Part shown: positions 52,578-64,000 of the stretch, one piece after another
Layout of the letters: each line of letters begins with the position of its first letter
How positions within the stretch are numbered: position 1 is the first letter of the stretch
From: Eledone cirrhosa
Lineage: Eukaryota
Direction: 5' to 3'
Length of the DNA stretch: 64,000 nucleotides
NCBI GenBank assembly: GCA_964016885.1
Contig: OZ024741.1
Span: forward strand, 394,444,001 to 394,508,000
Notes under the pieces: generated by a model
What the model was told of the DNA's origin: nothing
The model's input: only the letters and a program-made list of their open reading frames with translations
Databases searched by the model: none
Made by a program: the position numbers and the translations under genes

Positions 52578-52825
52578 TGAAGGCATGTGGCCAAGCAGTT
52601 AAAGTGTTAGACTTACAATCTTAATGTCATGGGTTCGATTGTTGAACCAGATGGTGTGTTGTATTCTTGAGCAAAACACTTCATTTCACATTGCTCCAGT
52701 ACATTCAGCAGCTGGCATCCTGTCCAGGGGAAAGTCTTGTACTCTCATTTGCCAATGAAAAATGAAAATGGGGATAAGCACCAACGTGATGTGCCTGATG
52801 TCTTCAGACAGACTTTAACTTAACT
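52578..52825 (+). mobile_element. tRNA-derived CORE-like SINE
   Basis: A box, gggttcgatt B box, ttcttgagcaaaacacttcatttcac core. Confidence 0.7.
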
Positions 52826-53204
52826 AATTTATCAAATGATATATTAAACACACAACCTACTTCTGAAGGTAATTTTATTTTGACCTCTTTATATCAAGGT
52901 TAACATGTGTTGATGCCCTAAGGACAGACACTGGTCTGTTGGAGACGCAGGACATGGCAGCAATAATGAGGGACAGAGACCGCTGGAGAGAACTCGTCCA
53001 TGGATCTCGGGAATTTTATCCGCTCTAGAATATATATCAAGTAGGGGTTTTTTTTTTGTTTTGTTTTAGTACAGGAGAAATTATCTTCAACAAATATGCA
53101 AACTTTTGCACAAATATGAAATGACTCTTGTATAACAAATGTCGAATATAATCTAAATAGTACATCTAACCCACAATTAAGATAGTATTGAAAAAAAAAA
53201 TGAT

Positions 53205-54445
53205 AAATATTTAACGTGCATTTTCCATGCTAGCATGGGTAGGACGGTCTCTCCCTTTCGGAGACCAAGATGGAGGACAGTGTTTTGCTCAGACAGGGCT
53301 GATTTTGGCTTTCTTTCTACAGCTAGACGTCCTTCCTAACACCAACCACCTTTACAGTGAATGTTGGGTGCTTTTTGTCGTTACATCTACTTGACCCCTT
53401 TACAATGTGGACTGGGCACTTTTGTCATGGCTTCAGAGGGACCACTTCATGGTGTGGGATGGGAACTTGGGAGGGTAGGGGAAGAAGTTTGGGGAAATTG
53501 AGGACGCAGGTAATAGGGGAGGGGTAGTTACAGCAAAGGAGGTGTATGGGAGGAGAGATGGTAGAGGATAGTGTTGCCTATCAGATATATTCCTCAGCTC
53601 AAGCACATGGGTCTTCTGTAGTACTGCATAGCGCCAGAATCACAGTCCTGTGTCATCACTTTGGTGAGGTGTAATTGTGCAAGGTCAACTTTTATTACCT
53701 CATCCCAAGTCTTTCTAGGCCTATCCACTCCATGGCTACCCTCAACATTGAGTGTTCTGCACCATTTTATACAGCTGTCATCCTTCATATGCATCACATG
53801 TTCATACCAATGCAATCTCCTCTCCTGCATACAACACCTAATCTCTTATGCCTAATTTCTCACACAGGTTGTTTATGTTTTGCCATTCACATATATTGCC
53901 GTTGCACATTCATCGAAGCATGGAGGCTTCATTTCTTTCAAATCTTCGCAGGTCCTCAGTACACAGTGTCCAGGTTTCACTGCTGTGCAACGTTGTTGTT
54001 CATATACATGCATCATAGTCTGCCTTTCATTTTGAGGGGAAAACCTTTTGTGGCTAGCAGCGGTAGTAGCTCCCTGAACCTTCTCCAACTCGATCTCACA
54101 CTGGCTACTGTGCTTTCAGAACACCCTACCCCACTTCTGATTTGGTCACCCAAGTCACAGAAACTATCTACCACTTCTATCAAGCCCTCTGGGCATTTGA
54201 AGGTGATTATATCCTAAGGGCTCTTGCTACTTACTGCCCCTGTGCACCGGCCACATGTAAAACCTACTTTCTTTGTTAGCCTGCCTGAGATCCCACTACA
54301 TCTCTTGTGTACCCATTGCTTGCATTTGGGACATAGAATGGAATTTATACCTACTTCTTTTCTGCACACTGAGCAGGACCATTTCCCTGAGGAGAACTGG
54401 GTCCTGTTTTCCCTTTTACTTACTAGTACTTTAGTCTTTGTTCTA
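53205..54445 (-). mobile_element. RTE LINE 3' part with PHD-like finger
   Basis: CSVCRKEVGINSILCPKCKQWVHKRCSG..CGRC; QERRLHWYEHV. Confidence 0.88.
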
Positions 54446-54699
54446 AATGTCATATCAATTATTAAATATTATAAATATTTGTTAACATTTGGAAAATAAT
54501 AATATAAAGAATATTCTAATGAAACATTCATGGCTTGCACACGATTTAAAGTTTTGTAATAGCTAAAATATTACTTTATTTTCAATAATTATCATCTCTT
54601 CTAATATGCAATCTTGTAATTACTCCATGATGCCGTCTGTATGAAAATCAACAGTTATGTGAGGGCAAACATAACATACAAAGGTTTCAAAGCACTTTA

Positions 54700-55190
54700 T
54701 AAAAGTCAATCCTGTTCATGAAAATAATGAACAGGAGAGGTGACAGCATGCACCCATGGCGGAGTTCTACTCCCACATTGAATGGTTTTGATTTAATACC
54801 ATTTATTTGAATACAAATACTCGGGCATTCGTATAGAGACATCAAGGTAGCAAGAAGCTGACCATTGATCCTATACTCCTGCAAAACCTTTCACAGCAGG
54901 TCCTAAGGAATGCGATCATATGCTTTCTCAAAGTCGACAAAACAAGAATATACTTCTTGGCAATACTCCCACAATTTCTGAAAGACCTGCCACAATGTGA
55001 ATATTTGGTAGGCTTTGCTGCATCCAGGACAAAAACGACACTGTTCATCAGCTAGCTTGGACTCAACAATCTCCCTGCATCTCTTTGCCAGACACTTAGC
55101 ATATACTTACCAGGGAGGCTTAACAAAGAGATCCCTCTGTAATTGGAACAATTTCTCTTATCTCCCTTTATGAAAATTGGGATTATCACT
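54700..55190 (-). mobile_element. RTE RT fragment
   Basis: Similar to 36530-36990. Confidence 0.8.
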
Positions 55191-55319
55191 CAATATTTAA
55201 CTACATTAAAATAACTGCTACAAAGTCTGATGTATGTATGCACTCTGAAAGCTATTTGTATGCTACTAACATTCAATTTTTCTTATCCTTTTTTGTTGAG
55301 GGTTAGTATTTAGTCAGAT

Positions 55320-55620
55320 GAAAAGGACTGACATTCTTGCATGCTCTCCAAAACTGGACAGACTGACACCGTTGATGTCCAGCTAGAACAACTTGAAGTC
55401 AACATCTGTAGGGAAAATATTGGTAGGAAGAGAATTCCAAACAGTTGGTGTTCTGAGAAGGAAAGAAGGATTAGGCATGGTGGTTAAAACAGTACTTAAA
55501 GATTGTTTTCTTGATTTGCCACCACTGGAGAATGTTTCTCAGGTCTTTGTTCATGAAGGCAGTTTCACATGAGGTATCAAACCTGCATATCAATGACACC
55601 TATATTTGGATGAATACAAT
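55320..55620 (-). mobile_element. CR1/Jockey-group LINE 3' fragment
   Basis: Minus strand SFLLRTPTVWNSLP. A similar FFP-TVRLWNSLP remnant lies at 58700-58900. Confidence 0.5.
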
Positions 55621-56040
55621 GGCTAAATAGTGGTATAAAGAATGGAATAATCTACATATGAACGAGCATTGTTAAGCAAGGGATAGAAAGTAGTTCTTTG
55701 ATGTGGGTTGAAGTGACAGCAAAAAGATGGTAATATATAATGTTTACAAATTGAGGTTTTTATGAAAAATCAAAATCCAAATATTTTAAACTTTACATTT
55801 TATTAGTCATATAATTTAATCAATCATCAATTACAAATGCAATGCTATTTTTGTTTTAACTTTGATTATCAGGCTGCTAAACTCAGCAGCTGTAAATGAT
55901 TTAAAGTATTAGTTTCAGGTCCTCTGTATTATAGCAACCATCCCTTAGGAATCAATAAAATAAGTACCAGTAGTATACAAAAATTCATTCAGTTTATCAT
56001 ATTGACACCTTACTGCCACCACATACAAATTAACCTCATA

Positions 56041-56427
56041 CATCATCATCATCATCATACGTCCGCTTTTGCCTGCTTGCAAGGGTGGGATGGGAACTGA
56101 TTCTGGCTTGATTTCTACAGCTGGATGCCCTTCCTAACACCAACCTCATTTACAGTGAGTGCTGGGTGCTTTTTTTCCATGGTGCCTACACGTCCACTTT
56201 ACAGTGTGAGCTGGGTGCTTTTTTACCATGGCACCTCCACGACCACTTTGCAGTGGAATGATAGGGACCCCAGTCCTATCATCTCATTTCTACAGCTGAG
56301 TAAACTGGAGCAATGTGAAATAAAGTGTCTTGCTCAATGAAACAACACATCACCTGGTCTGAGAATTGAACTCACAACCTTTCGATTGCAAGGCCAATGC
56401 TCTAACCACTAAGCCATGTGCCTCCAT
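56041..56427 (-). mobile_element. RTE 3' UTR repeat abutting a CORE-like tRNA SINE
   Basis: (CAT)n tail element 56041-56255; SINE head at about 56280-56427. Confidence 0.7.
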
Positions 56428-56479
56428 AAGAAAATAAAACAAAACTGTGTTGTTCCCAACGGGTATAGGGTAACATACT

Positions 56480-57395
56480 AACAATACTTGAGCAGTAGAG
56501 GAGGGTGTCCCAAAAGCACAGTAGCCAGAGTGAGAATGGGTTGGAGAAAGTTCAAAGAGTTACTACTGCTGCTAACTACAAAAAGTTTCTTCCTCAAAAT
56601 GAAAAGCAGATTGTATGATGCATATATATAAACAGCAATGTTGCATGGTAGTGAGACCTGGATACTGTTTGCAGAGGACCTGCAAAGATTAGAAAGAAAT
56701 GAAGCTTCCATGCTACGATAGATGTGTAATAATAATCAGATGCAGTGTGCAGGAGAGGAGATTGCTTTGGTATGGACAAGTGATGCATATGAAGAATGAC
56801 AGTTGCATAAAAAGGTGCAGTTGATGGAAGCTATGGAGTAGGAAGACCTAGGAAGATTTGGGACGAGGTGATAAAAGCTGACTTTACACAATTGGACTTC
56901 TCAAAGGTGATGACACAGGACTGTGATTTCTGGTGTTATGCAGTAATACAGAAGACCCACCTTCCAATGGGCAGGAGCTGTAGCATTCATCTAGAATGTG
57001 CCACCTTCACTTCCATCACCTCTCTCATACACCTCCCATGTCGTAACACCCCACCCCTAGATCTACCTCCCCCACCCAAGTCCCCAATCCACACTGTAAA
57101 GTAGTCATTGTGGTACCATGATAACGAGCACCCAGTCCACACTGTAAAGTGATTCTGTCACGATAAAAAGCACCAAGTCCACATTGTAAAGTGGCCATGC
57201 AGGTGTCTTGGCAAAAAGCACCCAGTCTACACTGTAAACGTGGTTGGTGTTAGGAAGGGCATCCAGCCATAGAAACTAAGCCAAAATTAGTTCTATATGA
57301 GCAAAACATAGTCATTCAACCTGGCTTGTCTCAATGGGATAGTTCGTCTAACCTATGCTAGAGTGGAAAATGGATGTTAAATGATGATGATGATG
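56480..57395 (+). mobile_element. RTE LINE 3' part with tandem 3' UTR units
   Basis: ARVRMGWRKFKEL..LHGSETW..LERNEASML; four gcacccagtccacactgtaaagtg-like units; (GAT)n tail. Confidence 0.85.
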
Positions 57396-59659
57396 TAGTG
57401 AGATAAAGTCGATATAAAGAGTATTGTCTTTATATTACCCCTATTTTATAGTATCTCTATGCATGAGCACACCACTCTTTATATTAATTATCAATAATTG
57501 TTGGAGGTTTGACAGATATAACCTATCTAGAATGTCATTTGGTGTCTACTAATATCATTTAAAATGGCCTTCTAGCTAAAGCCATCCTACTTGCATCATA
57601 GATATACTATTGGAACAAATTCTGTTGCTACATTAATCAGATTAACATGCCCAAACTGAAATAGCAGCAACTGTCTCTTACTATTCTAGCATCACTATTC
57701 AACTATTGGATCAGTAAAATCACAAACAAAAACAGATCAACACCATAATTACCTCAGACTCAATTATGGTGTTGGTTTGTCAATTCTCTTAATTGCTGGG
57801 TAATCAAGATAATTACTCTGAGTCTATCATTCCGGTCTCTGTTGTAGGTAATAACAAGGCCTTTGATTGCAGACACAACCAACCACTGTATATTAGAGTA
57901 TACATAGAAAATTAACATATCTGGGAAGCTAGCCCTGTTTGTTCCATCCAAGCATTAAATCAGCTTCCTTTTGTGTTAATGGTCTACTCAAATATACCTG
58001 ATTGATATCAGTCAGAAATAGCAAGATTATAAAGAAAACGACCAAGTTGAACATATTAACCATTCTGGGTAACAGTCACTATATGACAGTTTCATAACAT
58101 TATTTGAAATTCCTGTCAGAAGCAATATAAAAATCTCCCAGTTTGTTATCAACAAAATCTTTATCTATAATATCAAGAACCTTAGCTAATATCTAATTAT
58201 AAAAGGAAATATTTCCTTTGTGGAAACAAAAATAATTCTAATTCAAACTAGTAGGCAAGGTGCAATATGCATCCAAATATCAAATATCAAATTGTTCTTT
58301 GAGCTTATTTTATCAATTATTCTATACTCTGGTGAGTTGACAGAAATATCCTACCAAAACTGACTTTACCAGTTCACTTGTCAGGGTTGTTAGATAAATA
58401 CCAGTAAAATAAAATTATCTATTGAATTAATTAATTACACACCTCAATCACATTCATCTTATGTCTGACTGAAAGAAATCAATGTTACTTATGAGCATGG
58501 AACAAAATGGCCCTTTATATTCTGAATTCAAATACCATCGAGGTCAACTTTGCCTTCCATATAAAATTAAATACCTGTCAAGTACTGGAGGATATATTCA
58601 ACTATTCTCTTCCTCAAAGTTTGAGGTTTTGTGCCTATGTAAGAAATCAATATTTTTTTACTTTAAAGTCCCAAACAAGGTGTGAAGCCATTTAGTGTAA
58701 GGGACTATGAAGAATGGGAAATTAAGATGAAAGGAATGAATTTACTTTAGACTTGAAAGAGTTCAGGTCTCATGAAAGAGAAAAACATTGAGATGGAAGA
58801 GAGTTCCAAAGTCTGACAGTTCAAGGGAAAAAGCTACGACCATAGAAAAACTTCATTATTTGTGGAACAACAGCATCTTGATGAAGACACTGTGAGTTTT
58901 GAGTTAGGCAAGATGGCACAAAGTGATTTGGAAGTAAAATTAGTGTTTATTTGTGCTATTAATTGTTAGTCACCAAATTCTATATTAACTTTATTTCTGC
59001 ATCATCCAAAATCTGAAATTTAAGGGGAAAACATCCTTAGTTTTCAGAAATCTAGAGACAGTTTTTATTTTCTAGTTCATTGCTACCCTTTAGGATTAGT
59101 GTGATACAAATAAAGAATACAATACATTCCTCATACAAATGTTATGAACTGAAAAACTAAATAGAGAAAATTTTGTTAATTGCTCCACAGATGTAATTGT
59201 GGTTAATGCTGAATGGTGGCTCATTTTCATAAGTAAACAAAACAAATTTACCAAAAATTATTCTAAATGAAAACACTTTTATGCAATAATTGTTATACTT
59301 CATAGAGAAAAGTACAATGAAAACTATACAAAATAAAACAAAAAAACAACACTTATTTTGTGAAAAGAATGCAGAGTAAATATATATATATATATATATA
59401 TATGTTAAGCATTTCTGTAGAAAAAGTAAAGGAAAGAAGAGTGCTCTATGTATAGTACAGAGCTATTTAATTACATAATAAACAACACAGTATAATTATT
59501 TCATTACCAAAGGTTTCAAAACATTATAATTATAATTGTTTTGTCTGTTGAATGAGCTAGATGTTTCTGTAAGAATCATCTAGTTTCTTGAAACCTTCGG
59601 TAATGAAATAATTATATTGTGTTGTTTGTTATGTAAGTAATATATATGTGTGTGTGTAT

Positions 59660-60558
59660 AAAAAGATTCAGGACCCCGACGGCTGAGCTCCACCCATTAC
59701 GACAGCTAGATCTGAACTAAAGTGCCAGTATTCAAGCAGCGGGAATCTAACTGAACTCCTCAAGGGGCATAATCCATATATGGGCAGACAGTCTAAGCAA
59801 AAAAAATCTTGTTCCTTTTGTTTTCTCCAGGAGTGGTCAGTGATCCAGAGGTGGGGGGTTACCTTTGTTCAAATGGCTGGTTTAATCCTGCCAAATGTCT
59901 TGAATTATCAGGTTTTATTACACTCATTGCAACAAGGAACAGGACTAGACAGGATAAAAAGAAAGAGGAAATGGGTGACTAGACCTATTGACCTTAAGAT
60001 GTTAAGCTAGTCAGCAAATTAACAAACACATAAATACACTATGTCATTCCCTTTGTCTTAAATACACTGAAACTAAAATTTCTCTCGACTTTTTCTTTTT
60101 GAACCTAATGTATGATACCATTTTTACAGATTAGAAATATTTCATAAGGTAGAATTTTCTATTAATAGCATGTGTGCGTGACTGACTAGTTTAACATCTT
60201 CAGGTCAATAGCTCTAGTCACCCATTTCCTTTTGCTTTTTATCCTGTCTAGCCCCATTCCTTCCTGCTATGAGTGTAATAAAGCTTGATAATTCAAGACA
60301 TTTGGCAGGACTAAACCAGCCATTTGAACAAAGGTACCCCCCCCCCCCCAACACTGACTACTCCCGGAGAAAAAAACATAAAGAATGGAAAAAAAAGAGA
60401 ACTTTAAAAGTTTTTTTTGCTTAGACTGTCTACCCATATATGGATTATACCCCTTGAGGAGTTCAGCTAGATTCCCGCTGCTTGAATACTGGCACTTTAG
60501 TTCAGATCTAGCTGTCGCAACGGCTGGAGTTCAGCCGTCAGGGTCCTAAATCTTTTCA
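59660..60558. repeat. Long inverted repeat (fold-back or MITE-like), arms of about 370-390 bp
   Basis: 59660-60030 is the reverse complement of 60170-60558 with scattered mismatches; spacer about 140 bp. Confidence 0.9.
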
Positions 60559-60632
60559 TATTACCCACTATACAACCCCAAGTATTGAGTAATTTGGTGG
60601 GTTATGGTCTAGCTGGTTTTTACCACACCCTA

Positions 60633-60636
<4 letters not shown>

Positions 60637-60686
<50 letters not shown>
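60637..60686. repeat. (TA)n microsatellite
   Basis: Directly visible. Confidence 0.95.
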
Positions 60687-60689
<3 letters not shown>

Positions 60690-61129
60690 GGGAAAGGAAA
60701 TTCAGAGAAATGAAAAGAAACAAAAACTGACTAATAATGGGAAGCACATAATAAATGAGACAAAAAAAAAGAGAGATTTCAATAAGGTTGTTGTGGAGAT
60801 AAAGATAAAGATTGAGTGACACATTTGGAAATTTTACAAAATAATTATTAGCATTTTCAAAGCCCTCTACCTTGTTTTGAAGGATCGGGATTTCCATGCG
60901 AATAAAACGGTAAAATTCCATTCCTTTTCAATTATTTCTGTTGAGCATTACTCAGCTTTCACAATAATTTATTGTTTGTTTCTATTTCAAATCCAGCAAT
61001 CCCTAGAATAAAATGAAATAAATGAATGCAAATATCTAAATGAGTTCTTGTTAATAAGATTTACATTTTTCTATTCTTTTACTATCAACGTCATCTTTAG
61101 AGAAAGTAAAATGTTTTAAGTTAATATCT

Positions 61130-61930
61130 ACTCTGCACCCATGGCCCTCAATGTCATCACTATGCCACATTGAACTTTGTACACAAGCATCATACAATCT
61201 GCTCTTCAATTTGAGAGAGTAAAATCCTTTTTTGCCAGCTAAAATACCAGCTCTGAAATGTTTCCACCACATTCTTTTTCTAGCAACTATGCTTTCAAAA
61301 TAACCCCAATGAGTGTTAATTAGATCCCCTATATAACAAAAGTCATCAACCATTTCTAGAGAACCTTCCAAACATTTGAAGGCATTTATCTCACATATAC
61401 ACTTATTTCTTCTATCACCTGACTGACTATATGAGTGATTAGCAAATACCCAACTTCAAATATTTTAAGTATCTCTGCAATCCAGCTGCCTATTTTGTCT
61501 TTGTCAACTTCAGTGGTTGATTCTGTTTCATCTACTTGAGGTAGTCCTTCTCTCTCCCATGCATTTCCCCATTCAATGAACTCTAACCTTTTTCTTCTAG
61601 GCAACAATGAGAACAAGTGTGCCATTATTTCATACAGAGTTTTCCCTAACAATATCTCAATTCTCTCTAGTAAACTTCATTGTAATTTGGAACACCTCAC
61701 AGCTCTGATCTTTACATTGTAGAATATATGCAAACCTCTTACTTTCAGTTTCTTCCTCATTGCCATGAAGTATATCTGACATCTAACTTCTTTACTTGTC
61801 ACTTAGTATTGTTTTTTTCTTCCTCCTTTCTTCCAAGTCTATCTGGGCCTGTCTCTTAGCTTTAATTGCTTTATAGTTCTATTCCACCACCATGTTGCTT
61901 TCTGCCTAGTCAATGTTGACTAATAGAAAC
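61130..61930 (-). mobile_element. Decayed RTE fragments
   Basis: EGSLEMVDDFCYIGD..KLKSRLYDACV; TWWWNR near 61890. Confidence 0.65.
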
Positions 61931-63437
61931 TACCAGTTGCTTATGTTATAAATTTCTTATCATTGTCATGAGTCAGCTAGTACTTCTATGGATCTACAAT
62001 ACCTTCCATGTCTCTAGATAGACATATCTCTGGGACTGTTTAGCTCTTACTCTAAAGTTACTAATTACTACTTAATGTTAAGTGGTACATTCTTCACCAA
62101 GAAGATGGTGACAATGAGTTTTCTCTCTTATAAGGAATGTCAAAACAGGATAGTTGTATACAAACTGTGATGCTGCATGATAGCAAGAAGTGAACCTGAA
62201 CTTGGAAGATTTGCAATGGTTAGAAAGAAATAAGGCAAGCATGATCTACTGGCAGTGTAATATTAATGTGTATGAATGTGGAGTAGGGAGAAAAGCTGGA
62301 TATGAAAACAATCAGATGTAGTGTACAAGAAGGAATACTGCACTGGTACAAGTATGTGATGCATATGGTGGATGTCAGTTGTATGAAAATGAGCCGAACA
62401 TTGTAGAAGAGAGAGACCTATGAAGATATGGGACAAAGCAGTGAAAGCCAATCTCAAGAAGCTGGACAAATAAGGGAATAGTAAAAAAAAATCCATGAGT
62501 AAAATATAGTACTGAAGTAGAGCCCATTTACACACACACATTAATGCAATCATGGCAAAATGATAATTAAAATAGCAGTGGTGATGGAGGTTGGGATGTA
62601 TGATATATCTATCTACATTTGAATTTTTTTTATACATTATATTATATAAATATGTTTTAAATAATTTATCTGTAGCTCTTCAATAGAGTGGTTATCTAAT
62701 CTGTTGTGCAAATTGGCATCACAAGCGCAGTACCAACTTAATGCATGAAACTGTATGTAAGCAAGGTTGCTGATAAGATAAAGATGCAACAGTCTGTTTG
62801 TTTAACTGTGTACATTCTCTACTGATACTATAATGGGTAACTCCATTGTGCATCGAGTTTACATAGATGTAATCTCAGCATTTCAATTAAACAAGAAATA
62901 ATTATTTGAGTTCAGTTTTATTTTGCTAACAAATGCATTTTATGTTCAGAAGTACTGATAAATGTAGTTAAATTATTGCATCATAGTTCAACAAGATAAA
63001 ACTAGCTATTACAAAAGCAAGAAATTTTGTGAAACAAAAAATTGAACAAGTACAGAAAGCAGTAACTAAGAATGTTGCTACAATGCAGAAGCTAAATCCA
63101 GAGCATCCTCAATAAAGAAAAGAAAGAAAATAAAGTAGATAGTAAGTTTTAAAAAAAGCTGGTGATCCTAATGAAGGAAAAAAAAACCAATGACTTCAAT
63201 ATGTTGTCAAAAGCTACAAATGTTGTTGGTGATTTACACAAACACACCAAGTACACACGGTAAAGTGGTTGGTGATAGGAAGCTATCAAGCTGTAGAAGA
63301 CATACCAGAACGACCCTAAGTCGTACATCCGTCTATCATGTATATATATATATATGTATATACACCTACACATACATGTGTATATATATATATACACCTA
63401 CACATACATGTGTATATATATATATACATACACACTA

Positions 63438-64000
63438 CTGTGACAGTAATATCTGCATACGCGCCCCAATCCGGACTGCCCGGCACTATAAAAGACAGAT
63501 TCTATGAGACACTGATGCTCACTACCTCCCAAATAACCGACAGTGACTATATAGTTATTGCTGGCGACCTAAATGGTCACATTGGACAACATTGTGACGG
63601 CTACGATGAAATCCATGGAGGCTATGGGTTTGGTACTAGAAATGAGGAAGGCTCCAGAATCCTGGAATTCTGTGCTGCAAATAACCTAACTATCTGTGAC
63701 ACTAACTTCAAAAATCGAGACAATCACCTGATCACCTACAGATCAGGAGAACACACCAGCCAGGTAGATTATATCCTTACCAGAAGACGTGACAGAGTGT
63801 CTGTTGTAAACACTAAATCCCTCCCCCATGAAGAATGCACCTCTCAACATACACTAATAATTAGCGACCTCATAGTCAGGACGAGACGTACTAGACAGCA
63901 GAAGAGGACTATCCTCAGGAGAAAAATATGGAAGCTAAAGGACCCTGCAGCCAGAAATAAATTTAAAAGCATATTACTTGATGCTTTCGACAGTAAGGAA
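63438..64000 (+). mobile_element. RTE AP-endonuclease region, open to the window end
   Basis: TVISAYAPQSG..IAGDLNGHIG..HGGYGFGTRNEEG..ITYRSG..QVDYIL..SQHTLIISD, with no stops seen. Confidence 0.88.

Noticed and set aside
59715-59750. Twister-like gccagtattcaagc motif
   Set aside because: The P4 stem and pseudoknot pairings could not be built.
60868-60921. Possible upstream exon of the host gene (AAG|gtagag donor); also 57755-57950
   Set aside because: No convincing acceptor or homology; cannot be supported without transcripts.

Overview
AT-rich eukaryotic genomic DNA. The repeat content (tRNA-head Nin/Deu-domain SINEs, RTE LINEs with (GAT)n tails, long (TA)n tracts) suggests a mollusc, probably an octopus; this is inference. 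Most of the window is decayed mobile DNA: L1-clade Tx1 elements, several RTE families, Dong/R4 and CRE fragments, a Penelope-like element, a hATm-like transposon, a Helitron helicase fragment and many SINEs. One host gene is supported on the minus strand: two coding exons (46261-46056, 39971-39029) splice in phase into a ~382-aa type II membrane, glycosyltransferase-like protein. Main observations: (1) two minimal type I hammerhead ribozymes, one intact inside a 322-bp repeat unit; (2) an ~8.5-kb inversion between a G15 and a C19 run that splits a Tx1 and an RTE reciprocally; (3) a SINE sharing its 3' tail and (ATT)n target with Tx1; (4) a twin-priming-type inversion in the Penelope-like copy; (5) a 1-kb local duplication that carries unique flank; (6) several long fold-back structures. 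All alignments and translations were done by eye and boundaries of decayed repeats are approximate.
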